From Paraspadella gotoi (taxonomy: Eukaryota; Animalia; Chaetognatha), in assembly GCA_051294375.1 (NCBI GenBank), contig JBJCIZ010000207.1, positions 92,389 through 156,388 on the forward strand: a stretch of 64,000 nt of DNA. The letters are read 5' to 3'. Of the stretch, positions 48,976 through 63,800 are shown piece by piece (position 1 is the stretch's first letter; each line of letters opens with the position of its first letter). Below the pieces are notes generated by a model. That model was not told the origin of the DNA and made no database searches. It saw only the letters and a list, made by a program, of their open reading frames with translations. The position numbers and the translations under genes are program-made.

Positions 48976-50719
48976 TCTGAGTTTAGTTAGGCGAATCGCC
49001 ATAACTAGAACGCTAGAAGTAGTTCACAGCTAAAATCGCCAAATGGCGAGGGCGTCATTGGCGACATCGCCAAAGCCCTGGCGATATCGCCATGGCGAAG
49101 TCGCCAACCAACTAGAACCTTAAAATAATCTATCAATAAGCATAGATATAAAATTAAAGATTTTTTTATAAAAATATTACTATGGTATAGGAGCCATATA
49201 AAAATATTTTGTCCATTGAAAGTATCCTTAAAAATTAAAATTTTTGTTTGAGCATGTACTCATTCTAATTTTTGACTCACCCCATAGAGTGCGATTACCC
49301 CTAATATTATTACAAAATACTTAAGTCTATCAAAGTTAAGATAATATTAACTATACTTATCAGCTAAAACTTATATTTTTTATCAAAATATTAAAAAAGT
49401 TTTTCTAGTGATTTTAAACGCCTAGATTTGTCATGAATAATTTAATTCTGGTATAATTAGTTAACATCCAAAATAATCTTTTAAATGACTTTTTTAGTTT
49501 TTTCAGTTTTAAAATAAATTTCTGGCCCTTTTTTATCACTCTAGTGCCTGATGAGTGGGTAGTGAAGATTGGAGAAAGAATTTAGTAAATTACAAAATGT
49601 AAATAATATTTCTCTCGGCCTAGAATTCCATTCTCGTTTACATTCCTACTTTGATAAACAAAGTAGTTCATATAAAAGGCATTGTTATTTTATTTCTCGC
49701 GCTCATTATTATTATAGCATATCCCTTCGATGTTATATCTGAAATAAACTCTCGTTCATTTTATTGGTATCGAATTCTTTTCACTAAAAAATTCCGTCCT
49801 CCACTTGGTGTTCAGCGGCTGGTGTACGAATAAATTTTTTTAAGCCTCCGAAGGAAATACTCGTTCGTCGCACCTAAATTTGGGCAAAATTAAAAGAGAA
49901 ATCCAGGATTACGCTTCGCGTCTATCTTTTCCAAATTTTTTTCCGTGCCATTGCGGTTCAACAAAAAGACATCGAATTTGAAGTGAGATTGTCTGAATTA
50001 ATTATAAGCAAGGAGTTATAAATAAATAATAGGCCTTAAAATTTTTTATAACAAATTGTTAATTGATTGATCAGGATAATTCTGTTACCAATTCATAATT
50101 TTTTCTTCAAGGTCTATCCAGATCTTACTTACCTTTCTTGAGAATTTTATTTTAGTCATGGCATCAGGGGAACCGTCGGTCTGGACCGCCAGATTGGCGA
50201 ATGGGAGACCGTTGCCGAATTCAAACGCGGAGATCTGAAGAGAGTGGTTCCTCGGCTCATAGGGACGGAGGAAATCGATGCGCCGCATGGCCAAGAAGNN
50301 NNNNNNNNNNNNNNNNNNNNNNNNNNNNNNNNNNNNNNNNNNNNNNNNNNNNNNNNNNNNNNNNNNNNNNNNNNNNNNNNNNNNNNNNNNNNNNNNNNTC
50401 GGGATCTGCTGATAAGCAGATCCGACTAAAAATTATGAATTGGCAACGAACTCTCCTGGTCTAATTAATTAACAATTCGTTATAAAAAACTATGGCCAAT
50501 TATTTTTTACAACTCCTTGCTTCAGAAAAAAAAACCAGAACTATCTTACTTCAAATTCGATGTCCTTTTGTTGAACCGGAAAGGCACGAAAAAAATTGGA
50601 AAAGATTGACGCGAAGCGTTGAAGTTAATTAAACTTAAACAAATTCTAAAAAGACGTGAAACTGAGTGATTGAGCAAGTTAGTTAGGGAAGAAAAAGGGA
50701 AAAAAATACATTTGATACT

Positions 50720-51894
50720 ATGAACTTATTTCACGAAAATAACAACTCAAAAGCTAGAACTATGGTAACAACGTCGTCTCAATCGTCTTGCAAGATGATT
50801 CGCCAAAGGTTGGTCAAGGACCTAGAAATGGCAGAGAAAGAGTGTATAGCCATAGAGAGAGAGAAAGAACGAACGAATGTACAATACGAAAAGGAGAGAG
50901 CAAGACGAGGGTGGATGAAAGAGGATGAGCTTGAAGAAAAATTGAAAGAAATTCGAAAGAGAACCGAAGAAAGAATAATGAAGGTGGAGGAAAGGCATAG
51001 AGAATGGGAGATAGAATTCAGACGTAAAAACGAAGCGAGAAAGGAGAGAGCGGAGATTGAAAGGCTGGCGAGTCTAAGTGGAGGCAGATGGGAAGGTGGA
51101 CGAACGAAGGAGTATCAACGAAGGAGTCATTGGAGTGGACGACGCAATGAGGATCGCCCGACCGCCAATGGATTCAACAAGGAACCTCTGCCGAAAACGA
51201 ATGGTGCGCCAATCCCAATTACACCGCCGCTGCATGAAGAACCGATAAAGAAGCTGAGGCTGTTGCGTGAGAAGCCTGTCACGATGCTGTCTGCAGAAGA
51301 AGTTGCTGCTAAAGAAGATGCTGCTGAAGACGCTGCTGCTGAAGAATCTGCGTTTGAAAAGGCTGCTGTAGAAGACGTTACTGCTAAAGAAGCTGCTGCT
51401 AAAGAAGTCGCTGCTGAAGAATTTGCTGAAAAAGATGCTGCTGATGAAAGAGTTGCTGCCAAGAAGTTTCAAATGACGTTACGGAAAAAGATGAGGAAAA
51501 AGTTGTGGAAGAGGTTGCAGAAAGAGTCGCGAAAGAAATTGCGGTAAAGGATGCGGAAAAAGTTGTGGAAAGGGTTGCGGAAGAAACTGTCAAAGGAGAA
51601 ACTGAGGAGAGATCAATCGGCCACCCATCCGCCTGTAATCGGGAAGACGTTGCGGAGAAATGCATTGAAATGCCATTGTTGAACACTGAATTGCTGGCCA
51701 TTGCTGGGCGCTGCTATCATTCGTGTGAAGGAGAAATTTTTGCAATTCATCCCTTTGAGCTTAACTTCAAGCTGTTGAGTGTTGAGGCTTTGCTGTACAC
51801 TCAATCTCATGGGACAGTTCCTGTTGTGTCAGATTACAAGGTCATTCACATGAAGAGCGTCGGGGAGCCTCCACCCGCTGCTTTCATTGTATAA
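50720..51894 (+). other. Frameshifted ORF of unknown function: coiled coil plus (E/D)xAA(K/E)E low-complexity repeats
   Basis: ORFs 50720-51547 and 51505-51894 join by a frameshift; 15-bp repeat unit GAAGATGCTGCTGCT-like. No recognisable domain; probably TE-associated. Confidence 0.35.
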
Positions 51895-53716
51895 TTTCTA
51901 TAAATCCTCGTATGAAATAAGGAGATCAATAAGATGGAAATGTATAAGATTACGGTTTATGACACTACGGTTTGGATCCAACTTAGTATCACGAAGTCTC
52001 CACTACAGTTTAATCACCTCTATTTGTAGATAAAGAGAAAGAATGACGAGTTTAAATGATGAACAATGATCAATGAACATTGCTGGGCTACAAGATCAGT
52101 CTTCATGAAAATAATGAAAAAATGAAAAAAAAAAAAAAAAAAAAATTTACTAATCTGTCTAGCTTGGTCTCACATTCAAAACTTGCTAATATTGATAAAA
52201 TATTTGACCATATCGATTATGATGCTCGTCTAAATAGAAGAAGAAAGACGAGGAAGGAGGAGGAGGAGGAATCCTTTAACTTACTGCTTGGAGCAGCTGA
52301 AAAAGTTGGAGGTGGAAACTAAAATTTTGTTTGACGACTCACATTCAAGAGGATAAGGGTGTGAGAGAAATATTCTGGAGTGAAAGGAAAACTCTGGAAT
52401 TGTTTAAAATTAATGAACACATTCAAGAGGCTTGGATGTGTATGCCATGGACATTAAGAGAGGACCTATGAGAGAAAAGTAAAGGTCTTCTTTGGCTCAG
52501 AGAGACGACAACAGTGGAGTTGTTGTCAAAACAAATAAACATTTTTATTAAAGTTTGTGGACCTTGCAACTATACAAAAGAAGTAAAAATGAGAGAAGCA
52601 ATGAGATGGGGCTGTATTTAGATTCGTTTATTTCGTTTGGTGCCCAGCAATGAACCACTGAAAGTAACACAAAATTTAAAGACTGAAGTTATAGAAATTT
52701 GAATGAGGCTTGAACTTGGCTTGAACAAGTTTTGAAAAAGACGTGAAACTGAGTGAGCAAGTTTGAGACAAATTTACTAAATTTGATCGTCTCTGAATAC
52801 AGTGATATTAACTAGACAAATTGATTAATCTTGTGAAACAAGAGGGGGGAGGAAATTCCAAGAAAGAAACTTTCAATGGTGATCGGTTTCTGCACCCAAA
52901 CATGCACCCTCAACTCTTTCTGTGAACCTCGCATGCACGAAGTAACACCCCCAGACAAGATGATCGACGCAAAAGGAGAAAGACATCGAAAATCCGGGGG
53001 GAGCGCCAATAAGCAGGGCGTCATCAAGGAGACGACGCCGGTTGCCAGCAAAAATCGTCGAGACAGGGGTCAAGGAGACGACGCTGGGCGCCATGACAAC
53101 GCAGATCGACGCCGTGAGTCGGTGGCGCTTCGGGATGCCGACGGGGGGAGTTTGGCGCCTCCATCAAATTTTGGAGCCAACTGAGTTGGCTGGGGTTCAA
53201 AGGAGATGCCAAGGAGCCCGTCAGTGTACTTCAATGGGGTCGTCAAGCGGAGCCGAAACTCATGGGGGATAAAAACTCGGGTTGCATGCTGAGTGGACAA
53301 ATTTGCAGACGGCTCTACTGCCACAGGGCGAAGAGCAGCGGTGCGGACGACCTCTCTATTGTATTAGTGTCCGTGTACGTACAGGGGGAGTGTTAGGAGA
53401 GGTCGTGCGCGCGTGAAATCTGGCGTCGTAACGTAAACAATGATCTTTGCTTAGCGTTCTTCAAGGATTTAGAAAAGGTTGATACTGAGTTTGAACGCGC
53501 CAGGATTCAAACGCTGCGGCAGAAGATTAATAATTTTTCACACTCCCCGGAGAATGCCTACTAAGTATGTTATTGACATGAACTATGAGAAATATGTTTT
53601 TTTGTTTATTATTGTTACTGAAGGTTCTTAACGCTGCGCTACACTACATCACTGTTATCAACATGGGCGTTCTGGAGTCAGGGAATTTCTAGTGCTGAGG
53701 CTATGAACAATACTAA

Positions 53717-54360
53717 ATAGGAGTGGTTTACCTCGTCGCATCCATGCTGACAATGCTNNNNNNNNNNNNNNNNNNNNNNNNNCTTTGTAAATCAAACACT
53801 CCCTCAGCCAATATCCTTAGTCGACACGGGGTGGAGTTGATACATGGATTGGCAAATGTGTCAAGATGTCAGTCTAAAGTAGAGAGATTCATCAATTCTA
53901 TTACGAGAATAATGCTCAAATTACAAGAACATGAACCTCATCTTCCATTTCATTCTCTCGTCGGCGAAGCTAGAGTAGTTTACAATTCAACTTGTACAGA
54001 TATTCTATCTGGAAAAAGTCCATCTGACGTCAATTTTTGTCGTTCATCTGCAAATCTGTTGGACTCGGACGGAGAACTGCCATCTAGTGGCGTGACGGCG
54101 CCGGCAAAGAGTGTGAGAGAAAGGAAAGTGGATCAAGATGCGTGGGAAATAGTTGCCAAAATAGCAACGAATTCATTCAAGTGCCATTCTCTAGTCTTTG
54201 GAGGATTCAGAGTAATCCCTGGAGATCATCTCATTCGTTCAAGTCTATCCCGAGAGAGTCTCATCAAATTGGTTGACAAGATGAGAACATTAGACCGCCG
54301 TGCCATGCCCGTCTGAGGACCGCCTCTTACCCGTTTGGCTGCTCGCCGCTCTGCTTCTGC
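53717..54360 (+). pseudogene. Gypsy-type integrase fragment (copy 1, internally deleted)
   Basis: HADNA ... SRCQSKVERFINSI ... VVYNST; matches 59549-60330. Confidence 0.75.
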
Positions 54361-55739
54361 AAATGCCAAGGCCGTGGATGCAAATTATCTTCTTTTTGTT
54401 GAGACATCATAAACAATTTACTAAATGTTGACTAATAAATTTTGTTTTATTATTCTGACTAGAAACCTTAATGTATTTCGTTACAATTGATAAATTTCAA
54501 TGTTGTTTTTTGAAACTTATTTAAGGAATACAATTGTTTAATTAAAAATGTGTTACAAAAAAAAATTGTATTAAATGTTGCAGAATACAGTTGCAATAGA
54601 TTAAATTGGCGAAATGTTATTTACATGATGAATTGCACGTGTCTTTTGTTTACTTTTTTCTCGGTGATAAGACCGGCCCTGGGTTTGTGTTGGGTTTGTG
54701 AAGAGTCTATAGAACGAATTAGAGAATGGGTGACCACTTGTAAATTTCACTGTATAATTGATTAATATATATTATTCAATCATTATTATACTCATATAGT
54801 AGACCTCAAGTTTGTAGAATTCGTCAGGATTCTTCTTTTTCAAGCACTGGCGGACTACAGTTTGAGAGATGTAAGGGAGTCATGAGAAAATGGTCGAAAC
54901 TATACAATTAATTATATGTGATATTAATCATAATAAATTAATTTTGATTACATGTATGTCGTATAAATCAAATCTTTTGAGATTCAGGTTGAAGAGAAAG
55001 GCACCGATCACCCTGACACCTGCGAGATTCTTAACGGCGGACAAGTCGCTTGAAAATGTTAAGATTGCCATGGAGTTTGAGAGGGGGATCGCTATATGTG
55101 TGAGCTAAAAATTAAATTTATTAATTGTGATAACTGATCAAAAATAAATATTGCATGTTGAACCAATATTTAAATCAGAAACGATCAATAATCAATGTGA
55201 CAGTAAATTTTTTCGCGATAAATGGTAAAAGTTTTTTTTCGTTTTTTTCCATAGAAAAAAATTGATTATATTTAATTCCGTTTTGAATTGTTTAAGAATT
55301 ATTGCATTTCGAATTCAACTTATTTGTGCATTTAGAAAAATTTATTCTAATAATTGAATTCGTCGTTATGATTTTATATTTGAATTGTTTTGCATTCAAT
55401 ATCTACTTTCGTCTGCGTAATGCAATTTTCTTGTCTTTTGTTTTACAAAAAGTTTGATAACTTACGTAAATTTAAAAAGAGCATCGACTTACCGTAAATT
55501 TTTTGATTAGTTTGAAAATTGTTAGCTTATGAAATTTATTTAGAAAGAGTGTGTGAAATAAGATTTGATATTAATTCCATTTTATATATTCGCGATTTCA
55601 TTGACCGTTACAATTATTGTCTATCCTTGTGGAATTTTATAGTGTTATTTTGGCTTAAAAATTTTTATTTTTTTAACCCTGAGTGAATTTATAGTATCGT
55701 TTTTAGAAATATTATTTTGTATTTTTGAAATTTTAGTAG

Positions 55740-58700
55740 CATGGCCGAGTGAAGATTGAGAGAAAGAATTCGGTGAATTACAAAAATGTAAATAATATTT
55801 CTCGGCCTAAAATTCCATTCTCATTTACATTCCTACTTTGGTAAACAAAGTAGTTCATATAAAAGTCATTGTTATTTTATTCTCGCGCTCATTATGATTA
55901 TTGCTTTTCCCTTCGATGTTATACTGAAATAAACTCTCGTTCATTTTACTTTGGTATCGAATTCCTTTCACTAAAAATTCCGTCCTCCACTTGGTGTTCA
56001 GCGCTGGTTACGAATAAAGTTTTTTTTAAGCCTCCGAAGGAAATACTCGTTCGTCGCTACCTAAATTTCGGCAAATTAAAAGAGAAAATCCAGGATTACG
56101 CTTCGCGTCTATCTTTTCAAAATTTTTTCCGTGCCTTTGCGATTCAACAAAAGGACATCGAATTTGAAGTAAGATTGCTCTGGTTTATTATGATGCAAGG
56201 AATTATAGAAAAAGTATTGGGCCCTTATTATTTTTTCATATAATAAATTGCTGATTGTCTAGACCAGAATAATTCGTTACCAATTCATAATTTTTTCTTC
56301 CAAGGTCTATCGCAGATCTTACCTTACCTTTTTCTTGAGTTTTTATTTTAGTTATGGCATCGGGGGAACCGTCGGTCTGGACCGCCAGATTGGCGAATGG
56401 GAACCATTGCAATTCAAACAGGCGGACGATCTAAAGAGAGTCGTTCCTCGATCAATTGGACGAGGAATCGATGCGCGGCGTGCAGAAGGATCGACATCGA
56501 CATTCATGGTGGATCGACGAAAGACCTGCAGAAGGGTTCCTCTCACGATGAGGAATACGTCAAAGTTTGAAAAAGGCGGTAGACGATATGAGAGAGATGA
56601 TGTAGAGAGGAAATCAAAGGATGAGAGGATTGTTGAATTAGAAAGGAATCAACGAAAAGACTCATCAGAAGAGAGAGAGTGGAGTGAGAGAATGAGAGAG
56701 AGATGAGAGAGAGAGAGATAAGAATGGAAAAGTTGATGGAAGAGAGAGATGGATGATCGCTTCTTTAAGAGAGGATTTGGTTAAAGTGAAATCTGAAGTC
56801 CGGCAGAAGATAAAGTTAGTGTGTAAAACTACCCATGACTGGGTATGGGTGACGTAATGGACAAGACGATGAGTGATATTCTGGAGAATCATTGATATTG
56901 AATGTTGATGTTTTTTCTAACAGGATCGTCCTCGATCGCCCATTCCGGTGACGTCAACGGCGCCGGTCGTCTCTCAAGGATCGTCATACGACACGACGCT
57001 CGTCATTTCATCGAGCGTCTCTTCCATGGGCATGCCTCCGCCCGTGCTCATTCCTTTTTCACCAAGCCTTCCTTATGTTTTTCCGTCCTCCACTTTTCCA
57101 TCTCTCCCCACTTTCCGTCTATTTCCCTTACCCGCCTACTTCATTACCCGTTCCCCCTCCCGTGCCGTGCGTTCCTGCATCGTCTGCGGCGCCAGCGCCG
57201 CCGGGTCATCGATCACTTCCGGACGGAGCTCGTCGGCAAATCGATGAAGCAGATCAAGACGAAGTTGAAACAAACGACGACGCGTTTGCTTCCTGCAGAA
57301 AGAGTCCATCATCAGCAAGAATTGGCATGTTTTTCCCAAGTGAGTCTTTGGCGACGAAATCGCGCAATTGTTGTTGCCCATTCTGATGATAACCTTAACC
57401 TATTATGCAACATTTATCTCTCACACCCGTATACTCTGTGCACGAATATTTTTTGTCACTGAGAGGTCACCTATTCCCTAATTTTCAAAATAGTTGTCTT
57501 AGTTAAATATCAAACGATAAACAATCTAAAGGACAAACGGTTATGCAATTTTATTTACGTTTTTCTTATGTAATGAAAGCTTGGGAGCGGACGAAAACCA
57601 ATTTATTGCGATTTTATTTGTAAACTAAGATAAAAATGTTGCTCGCGTCGTAGAGTGCTTATCATCCGGGGGAAGGAACTTATCTGATTGTGGCGAGCAC
57701 GCGATAGCCTGAAACCAATCGCGCGCGAAAGGCGCGACCGTCAATTGCGTCGATTTGCAATCGTCGGAGCAGATGACGTTTCCACCATCGAAGTTGGGGC
57801 GCAGGGCGGCAAAGCAGCGTTCAGGGGCGCCGTCGTGGCGTGGAATGGCGGACGTGGTGGACGAGGACGTTTGGTCCGAACGTGGGATGACTCAAAGAAA
57901 CCGGACGTTTTCTCGTTTAAGCCTCTATGAGCTCCCTCCTTCCACGTCGCTGTTACAATTGCTCTGAAAGTGCATGAAGATTTGGATCAATGTAAAGGAA
58001 AACCATGTTTATTTTGCGGAGAGTCTGGCCAGCATTTCCATCAGCTGTCCAAAGCAGCCCAAGAGTAAATCCGAATTTGAGAGGTTAATGAAGGACGCAA
58101 AAGGGAAGAAGAATGCATGATGGGGCGCGGTCGAAGTCTCGTCAGTCATGATGTCGGCTGCGCCGTCAATGGCGTCTTGTGATTCTACAAAAACATGGAA
58201 ACGATTTTTCGGAAACGGGTCAAGAATAAACAAATGATTCAAATTCTACTGCATCAATTTTCGTCATCCGTCATCAAATTTTTCAACTGATTTTTCGTCA
58301 AATTTTTTGCAAAAAGCATCAACTTCTGCAGCCGCTACACCATCAGAACCTGCCTTTCTTCAATCAAGAAGAGAAAGTTCCGCTTGAATCACTTCTGAAT
58401 GAAAGTATTTCAGATGATTGTGTCAATTTTTGTAAAGCCAAGAAAGAGGACTACCTATGTCTAAGCTTAATTGTCTCCCAACATTGAAAATTCCAGCCGG
58501 GACCCGACTCCGGATATGGATGACACTGATGTGGACTGCATTTTCCGGCAAATGATTCCACTGATCGCGCATACCTCTCGGTCGGCAGTCGGTGACACAA
58601 GTAGAGTGTCATCATTGACTGGGATCCGGACAGTCTAATAAGAAGGAATTAGACAAAAGCAGCTATTCCATCACATTCAATTGTGCCTTACTCACAGTGA

Positions 58701-60754
58701 AGAGTGACAAGGCGTCGCAAGAAAGCGTTGAAATCAAGAAGTGGAAATGTCTTCTTGCCCCTTGGACAGTCTCAATTGTTCAACTCTCAGATAAAAGATG
58801 TAGCTTCAGGCCACACTGAGAATGTTTGACCGAAGTTGTGATGAGCAATTAAAGCCAAGGGAAGTTCCAGTTTTTGCAGACAAAGTTTCTCCAGAAAATC
58901 TTGGAAATGCAACAGGCGCCTGATGTAGTGAAAAAATTGATTATTTGAAGGAAAGAGGAAGTTGACCAAGATCAAGCCACTGAAGCTTTGCTTTTATCTA
59001 TGGGGACTTTGGCATTCCTCGTCACCGCAGTCTCTTCCATCACTCAGTAATCAGGGAGTGCTATGCCTGTGGACAGCCCCTGATGGAGGAATCAAGTTTC
59101 TCCTTTTGTGTCTGAGATGGAATTTCATCGTCTTTTGAGTAAGACTCATGAAACAAATATTTCTGCTGGTCAATCAAGGTTCTATCTGTTGTTGTTGGAT
59201 GATCGCTTATCCTGCAGCAACTCATGTGGAGTGAATCAACCTTAAAAACTTTGGGAAAAAGTTACTACATTCATGGAATGAGAGAGAAGATTTCTACGTA
59301 CATCAGAAATTGTGCAATTTGCCTTCAGAACAATCACCAAAAAGGTTCCAGAGATGAAGGAGGGATGCAGACACCCATGGAGCCAGGAAACTCCGTTGTA
59401 ATTGACTTTGCAGGACCCTTCACAATGATGCTGCATTCCGTACATTTTTTGTGCTGTGGACCTCTCTCCAGATATGCATGGGCATTCCTACAAAATCTAC
59501 GCAAGACAAAGAAGTAGTGGAATTGTCTAATGAAGATAAGACAAGAGTGGAGTGGTTTACCTCGTCGCATCCCATGCTGACAATGCTCTTTGTAATCAAA
59601 CACTCCCTCAGCCAATATCCTTAGTCAACATGGAGTGGAGTTGATACATGGATTGGCAAATGTGTCAAGATGTCAGTCTAAAGTAGAGAGATTCATCCAA
59701 TTCAATTACGAGAAAATGCTCAATTGCAAGAACATGAACCTCATCTTCCATTTCATCTCTCGTCGGCGAGCTAGAGTAGTTTACAATTCAACTTTACAGA
59801 TATTCTTCTGAAAGAGTCCATCTGACGTCCATTTTGTCGTTCATCTGCAAACCTGTTGGACCCGGACGGAGAACTGCCATCTAGTGGCGTGACGGCGCGG
59901 CAAAGAGTGTGAGAGAAACATGGAAGCAAGGAGAAGACTTCAGATGACATTTTTGCGCCATGATGTGAACCGGGTTCCTTCAACGCCGGAAACGCGGAAA
60001 ATCCGAGAGATATCACATCTCATCTAAAAGTGGAGATTTAGTCATGAAGAAGAAAACTTCATTTTTCTTGGTTCTCCACGAAAAATTCAAGGAAAGTGGA
60101 TCAAGATTCGTGGGAAATAGTTGCCAAAATAGGCAACGAATTCATTCAAGTGCCATTCTCTAGTCTCTGGTGAATTTAAAGTATTCCCTGGAGATCATCT
60201 TATTCGTTCAAACTTGTCCAGAGAGAGCCTCATCAAATTGGTTGACAAAATGAGAACGCTGGACCCCGTGCCATGCCCGCCTGCGACCGCCTCTTTACCC
60301 GTTTGGCTGCTCGCCGCTTCTGCTTCTGCAATGCAGGATCGCTATGATGAATTCATCTTTTTTCGCCGAATGAGAAAATTCCGTAAATGTGGGATTTTGA
60401 ATTTTGTATTCTTATTTTCACTAGATACTTCGTTGTATTTCGTTGCAATTGCTGTCTATTCAGATTTTTTTGAATTTTTTTAGTAATACCAATCGGTTTT
60501 CTGTTTGTTTAAATTAAATGTGACAAATAATTATTACATGCAATTTCAATAGATGAGATATATTGGCGAAATTTAATGATAATTGATGGATGCGAGCGTC
60601 TTTGTTTAAACGTGGGAGACGCGCACGGCGTTTGTGCCGGTCTTTTGCCGTGGCTGTAGAACGAATTAGAGAATGGGTGTGACCACTTGTAAATTTCACT
60701 GTATAATTGATTAATATATATTATTCAATCATTATTGTACTCACATAGTAGACC
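55740..60754 (+). mobile_element. Degenerate LTR-retrotransposon-derived region: coiled-coil/Cys ORF remnants plus integrase
   Basis: Integrase zinc finger (YIRNCAICLQNN), SVVIDFAGPF and SRYAWAF at 59220-59800. The upstream part is repeated at 49545-50298 and 61565-64000. Confidence 0.65.
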
Positions 60755-60854
60755 NNNNNNNNNNNNNNNNNNNNNNNNNNNNNNNNNNNNNNNNNNNNNN
60801 NNNNNNNNNNNNNNNNNNNNNNNNNNNNNNNNNNNNNNNNNNNNNNNNNNNNNN

Positions 60855-63800
60855 TTTTTCAACTGATTTTTCATCAAATTTTTTTGCAAAAGCATCAACT
60901 TCTGCAGCCGCTACACATCAGAACCTGCCTTTTCTCAATCAAGAGAGAAAGTTCCGCTTGAATCACTTCTGAATAAAAGTATTTCAGATGAATTATCTCA
61001 AATTTTTTGAAAGCAAGAAGAGGACTACTATGTCTAAGCTTAATATCTCCCACATTGAATGTCAGCCGGGACCCGACTCCGGATATGGATGACACTGAGT
61101 GGACGCATTTTCCGGCAAATGATTCCACTGATCCGGCACACCCTCCGTCGGCGACAAAGTAGAGTGTTCATCAGATGACTGGGATCCGGACAGTCTAATA
61201 GAGAAGGAATTAGACAAAAGGAGCTATTCCATTCTCTTCAATTAGTGTACTTCTACAGTAGAGTGACAAGGCGTCGCAGAAAGCGTGAAATCAAGAAGTG
61301 GAAAGGTCTTTTGCCCCTTGGACAGTCTCAATTGTTCAACTCTCAGATAAAGATGTAGCTTCAGGCCACACTGAGGAGTTGACGAAGTTGTGGATGAGCC
61401 AATTAAAGCCAAGGAAGTTCCAAGTTTTTGCAGACAAGTTCTCCAGAAAATCTTGGAAATGCAAACAGGCGCCTGATGTGAGTGAAAAAATTGATTATTT
61501 GAAGGAAAAGAGGAAGTTACCAGATAAGCATGAAGCTTTGCTTTTATCTATGGGGACTTTGCATTTTTTTTAAAGCCTCCGAAGGAATTTACTCGTTGTC
61601 GCTACCCTAATTTCGGCAAATTAAAAGAGAAAATCCAAAATTACGCTTCGCGTCAATCTTTTCCAAATTTTTTCCGTGCCTTTGCGTTCAACAAAAGGAC
61701 ATCGAATTTGAAGTAAGATTGCCTGGTTTATTATGATGCAAAGGAATTATAGAAAAAAGTATTGGGCCTTATTATTTTTTTCATATTAATAAAATTGCTT
61801 GATTATTTAGACCAGAATATTCGTTGCCATTTCATATTTTTCTTCCAGGTCTATCGCAGATTCTTACCTACCTTTTTCTTGAGTTTTTATTTTAGTTATG
61901 GCATCGGGGGAACCGTCGGTCTGGACCGCAGATTGGCGAATGGGAGACCATTGCAATTCAAAACACGGACTATCAAAGAGAGTCGTTCCTCGATCTAATT
62001 GGAACGAGGAATCGATGCGCGGCATGCAGAAGGATCGACATTCGACCATCATGGTGGATCGACGAAGACATGCAAAAGGTTCCTCCACAGATGAGGAATA
62101 CGTTCAAAGTTTGAAAAAGGCGGTAGACGATATGGAGAGAGATGATTGTGGAGAGAAAATCTAAAGACGAGAGAGTTGCTGAGATTAGAGGTACTCAATG
62201 AAAGACTCATCAGAGAGAGAGAGAGTGGAGTGAGAGAGAGAGAGAGTGGAGAGAGAGAGAGAGTAAGAATGGATAAGTTGATGGAAGAGAGAGATGGAAT
62301 GATCGCTTCTTTTAAGAGAGGATTTGGTTAAGAGTGAAATCTGAAGTCCGGCAGAAGATAAAGTTAGTGTGTAAAACTACCATGACTGGGTAATGGGTGA
62401 CGTAATGGACAAGACGATGAGTGATATTCTGGAGAATCTTGATATTGATATGTCTGATGTTTTTTCTCAACAGGATCGTCCTCGATCGCCCATTCCGGTG
62501 ACGTCTACGGCGCCGGTCGTCTCTTCAAGGGATAGCGTCGTCATCACCCGACCAACGACGACTTCTGTCGACATCCATTGCATCGGGAGACGTGCTCTTT
62601 CCGTCGGGCATTTGCCGATCCCGCCCGTGACTTCAGTTCCTTTTTCCTTACCTAAGCCTTCTCCTACCATCCCGTTTTTTCCGTCTCACTTTTCCTTCTC
62701 TCCCCACTTTCCCGTCTATTTTCCCTTACCCGCCTGCTTCTCTGGCCCGTTCCCCTCCCGTGCCGTGCGTTCCTGCATCGTCTGCGGCGCCAGCGCCGCG
62801 AGGTCATCGATCAACTTGCCAGATGGAGTTTCGGTCGGCAAATTCGATGAAGCAGATCAAGACGAAGTTGAAACAAACGGACGACGCTTTGCTTTCTGCA
62901 GAAAGAGTCCATCATCAGCAAGAAATTGGCATGTTTTTCCCAAGTGAGTCTTTGACGACGAAAGTCGCAATTGTTGTTGCCCATTCTGATGATAACCTTA
63001 GACCTATTATGCAACATTTATCTCTCACACCCGTATACTCTGTGCACGAATATTTTTCTGTCACTGAGAGGTCACCTATTCCCTAATTTTTCAAAAATAG
63101 TTGTCTTAGTAAATATCAAACGATGAAACAATCTAAGACGAAACGGTTTATGCAATTTTATTTACGTTTTTCTTATGTAATGAGAAGCTTTGGGGAGGGA
63201 CGAAAACCAATTTATTTGCGATTTTATTTGTAAACTAAAAGATAAAAATGTTGCTCGCCTTTGTAGAAGATGCTTATCATCAGGTGGAAGAGACTTATTC
63301 TGATGTGGCAAGGCAGCCGATAGCCTTGAAACCAATCGCGCCGCGAAAGGCGCGACCGTTAATTGCGTCGATTTCAATTGTCGGAGCAGATGGACGTTTC
63401 CACCATCAAAGTTTGGGGCGCAGGGCGGCAAAGCAGCGTTCAGGGGCGGCCGTCGTGGGAGTGGTGATATGGCGGACGTGGCGGACGAGGACGTTGGTCG
63501 GCGAATCGTGGCGATGACTCAAGTCAAACGGACGTTTTCGTCGTTTAAGCCTCTATGAGCTCCATCCTCCACGTCGTTGTATCAATTGTCTGAAAGTGCA
63601 TGAAGATTTGGATCAATGTAAGGAAAACATGTTTATTTTTGCGGAGAGTCGGGCCAGCATTTCTCCATCAGCTGTCTCAAAGCACCCAATAGTAAATCCG
63701 ATTTGAGAGTGTAATGAAGGACGCAAAAGGAAAGAAGAATGCATGATGGGCGCGGTCGAAATCTCGTCAGACGCTTCAGTCATGATGTCGACTGCGCCGT

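Larger units (their letters stand above)
42470..49111. mobile_element. TIR element with degenerate (CCCTAA)n satellite interior, split by a 5.5-kb insert
   Basis: ~52-bp inverted repeats TTGGTTGGCGACTTCGCCATGGC...GTCGCCA at 42470-42521 and 49059-49111. Satellite at 42600-42700 and 48228-48975. Confidence 0.7.

Noticed and set aside
49545-49575. Other CTGATGA motifs as hammerheads (also ~8791, ~15772, ~21920)
   Set aside because: None has a stem II followed by GAAA and a cleavage triplet.
53383-53420. PPT plus LTR start (AGGGGGAG|TGTTAGG)
   Set aside because: No second LTR copy or TSD was found in the window to support it.
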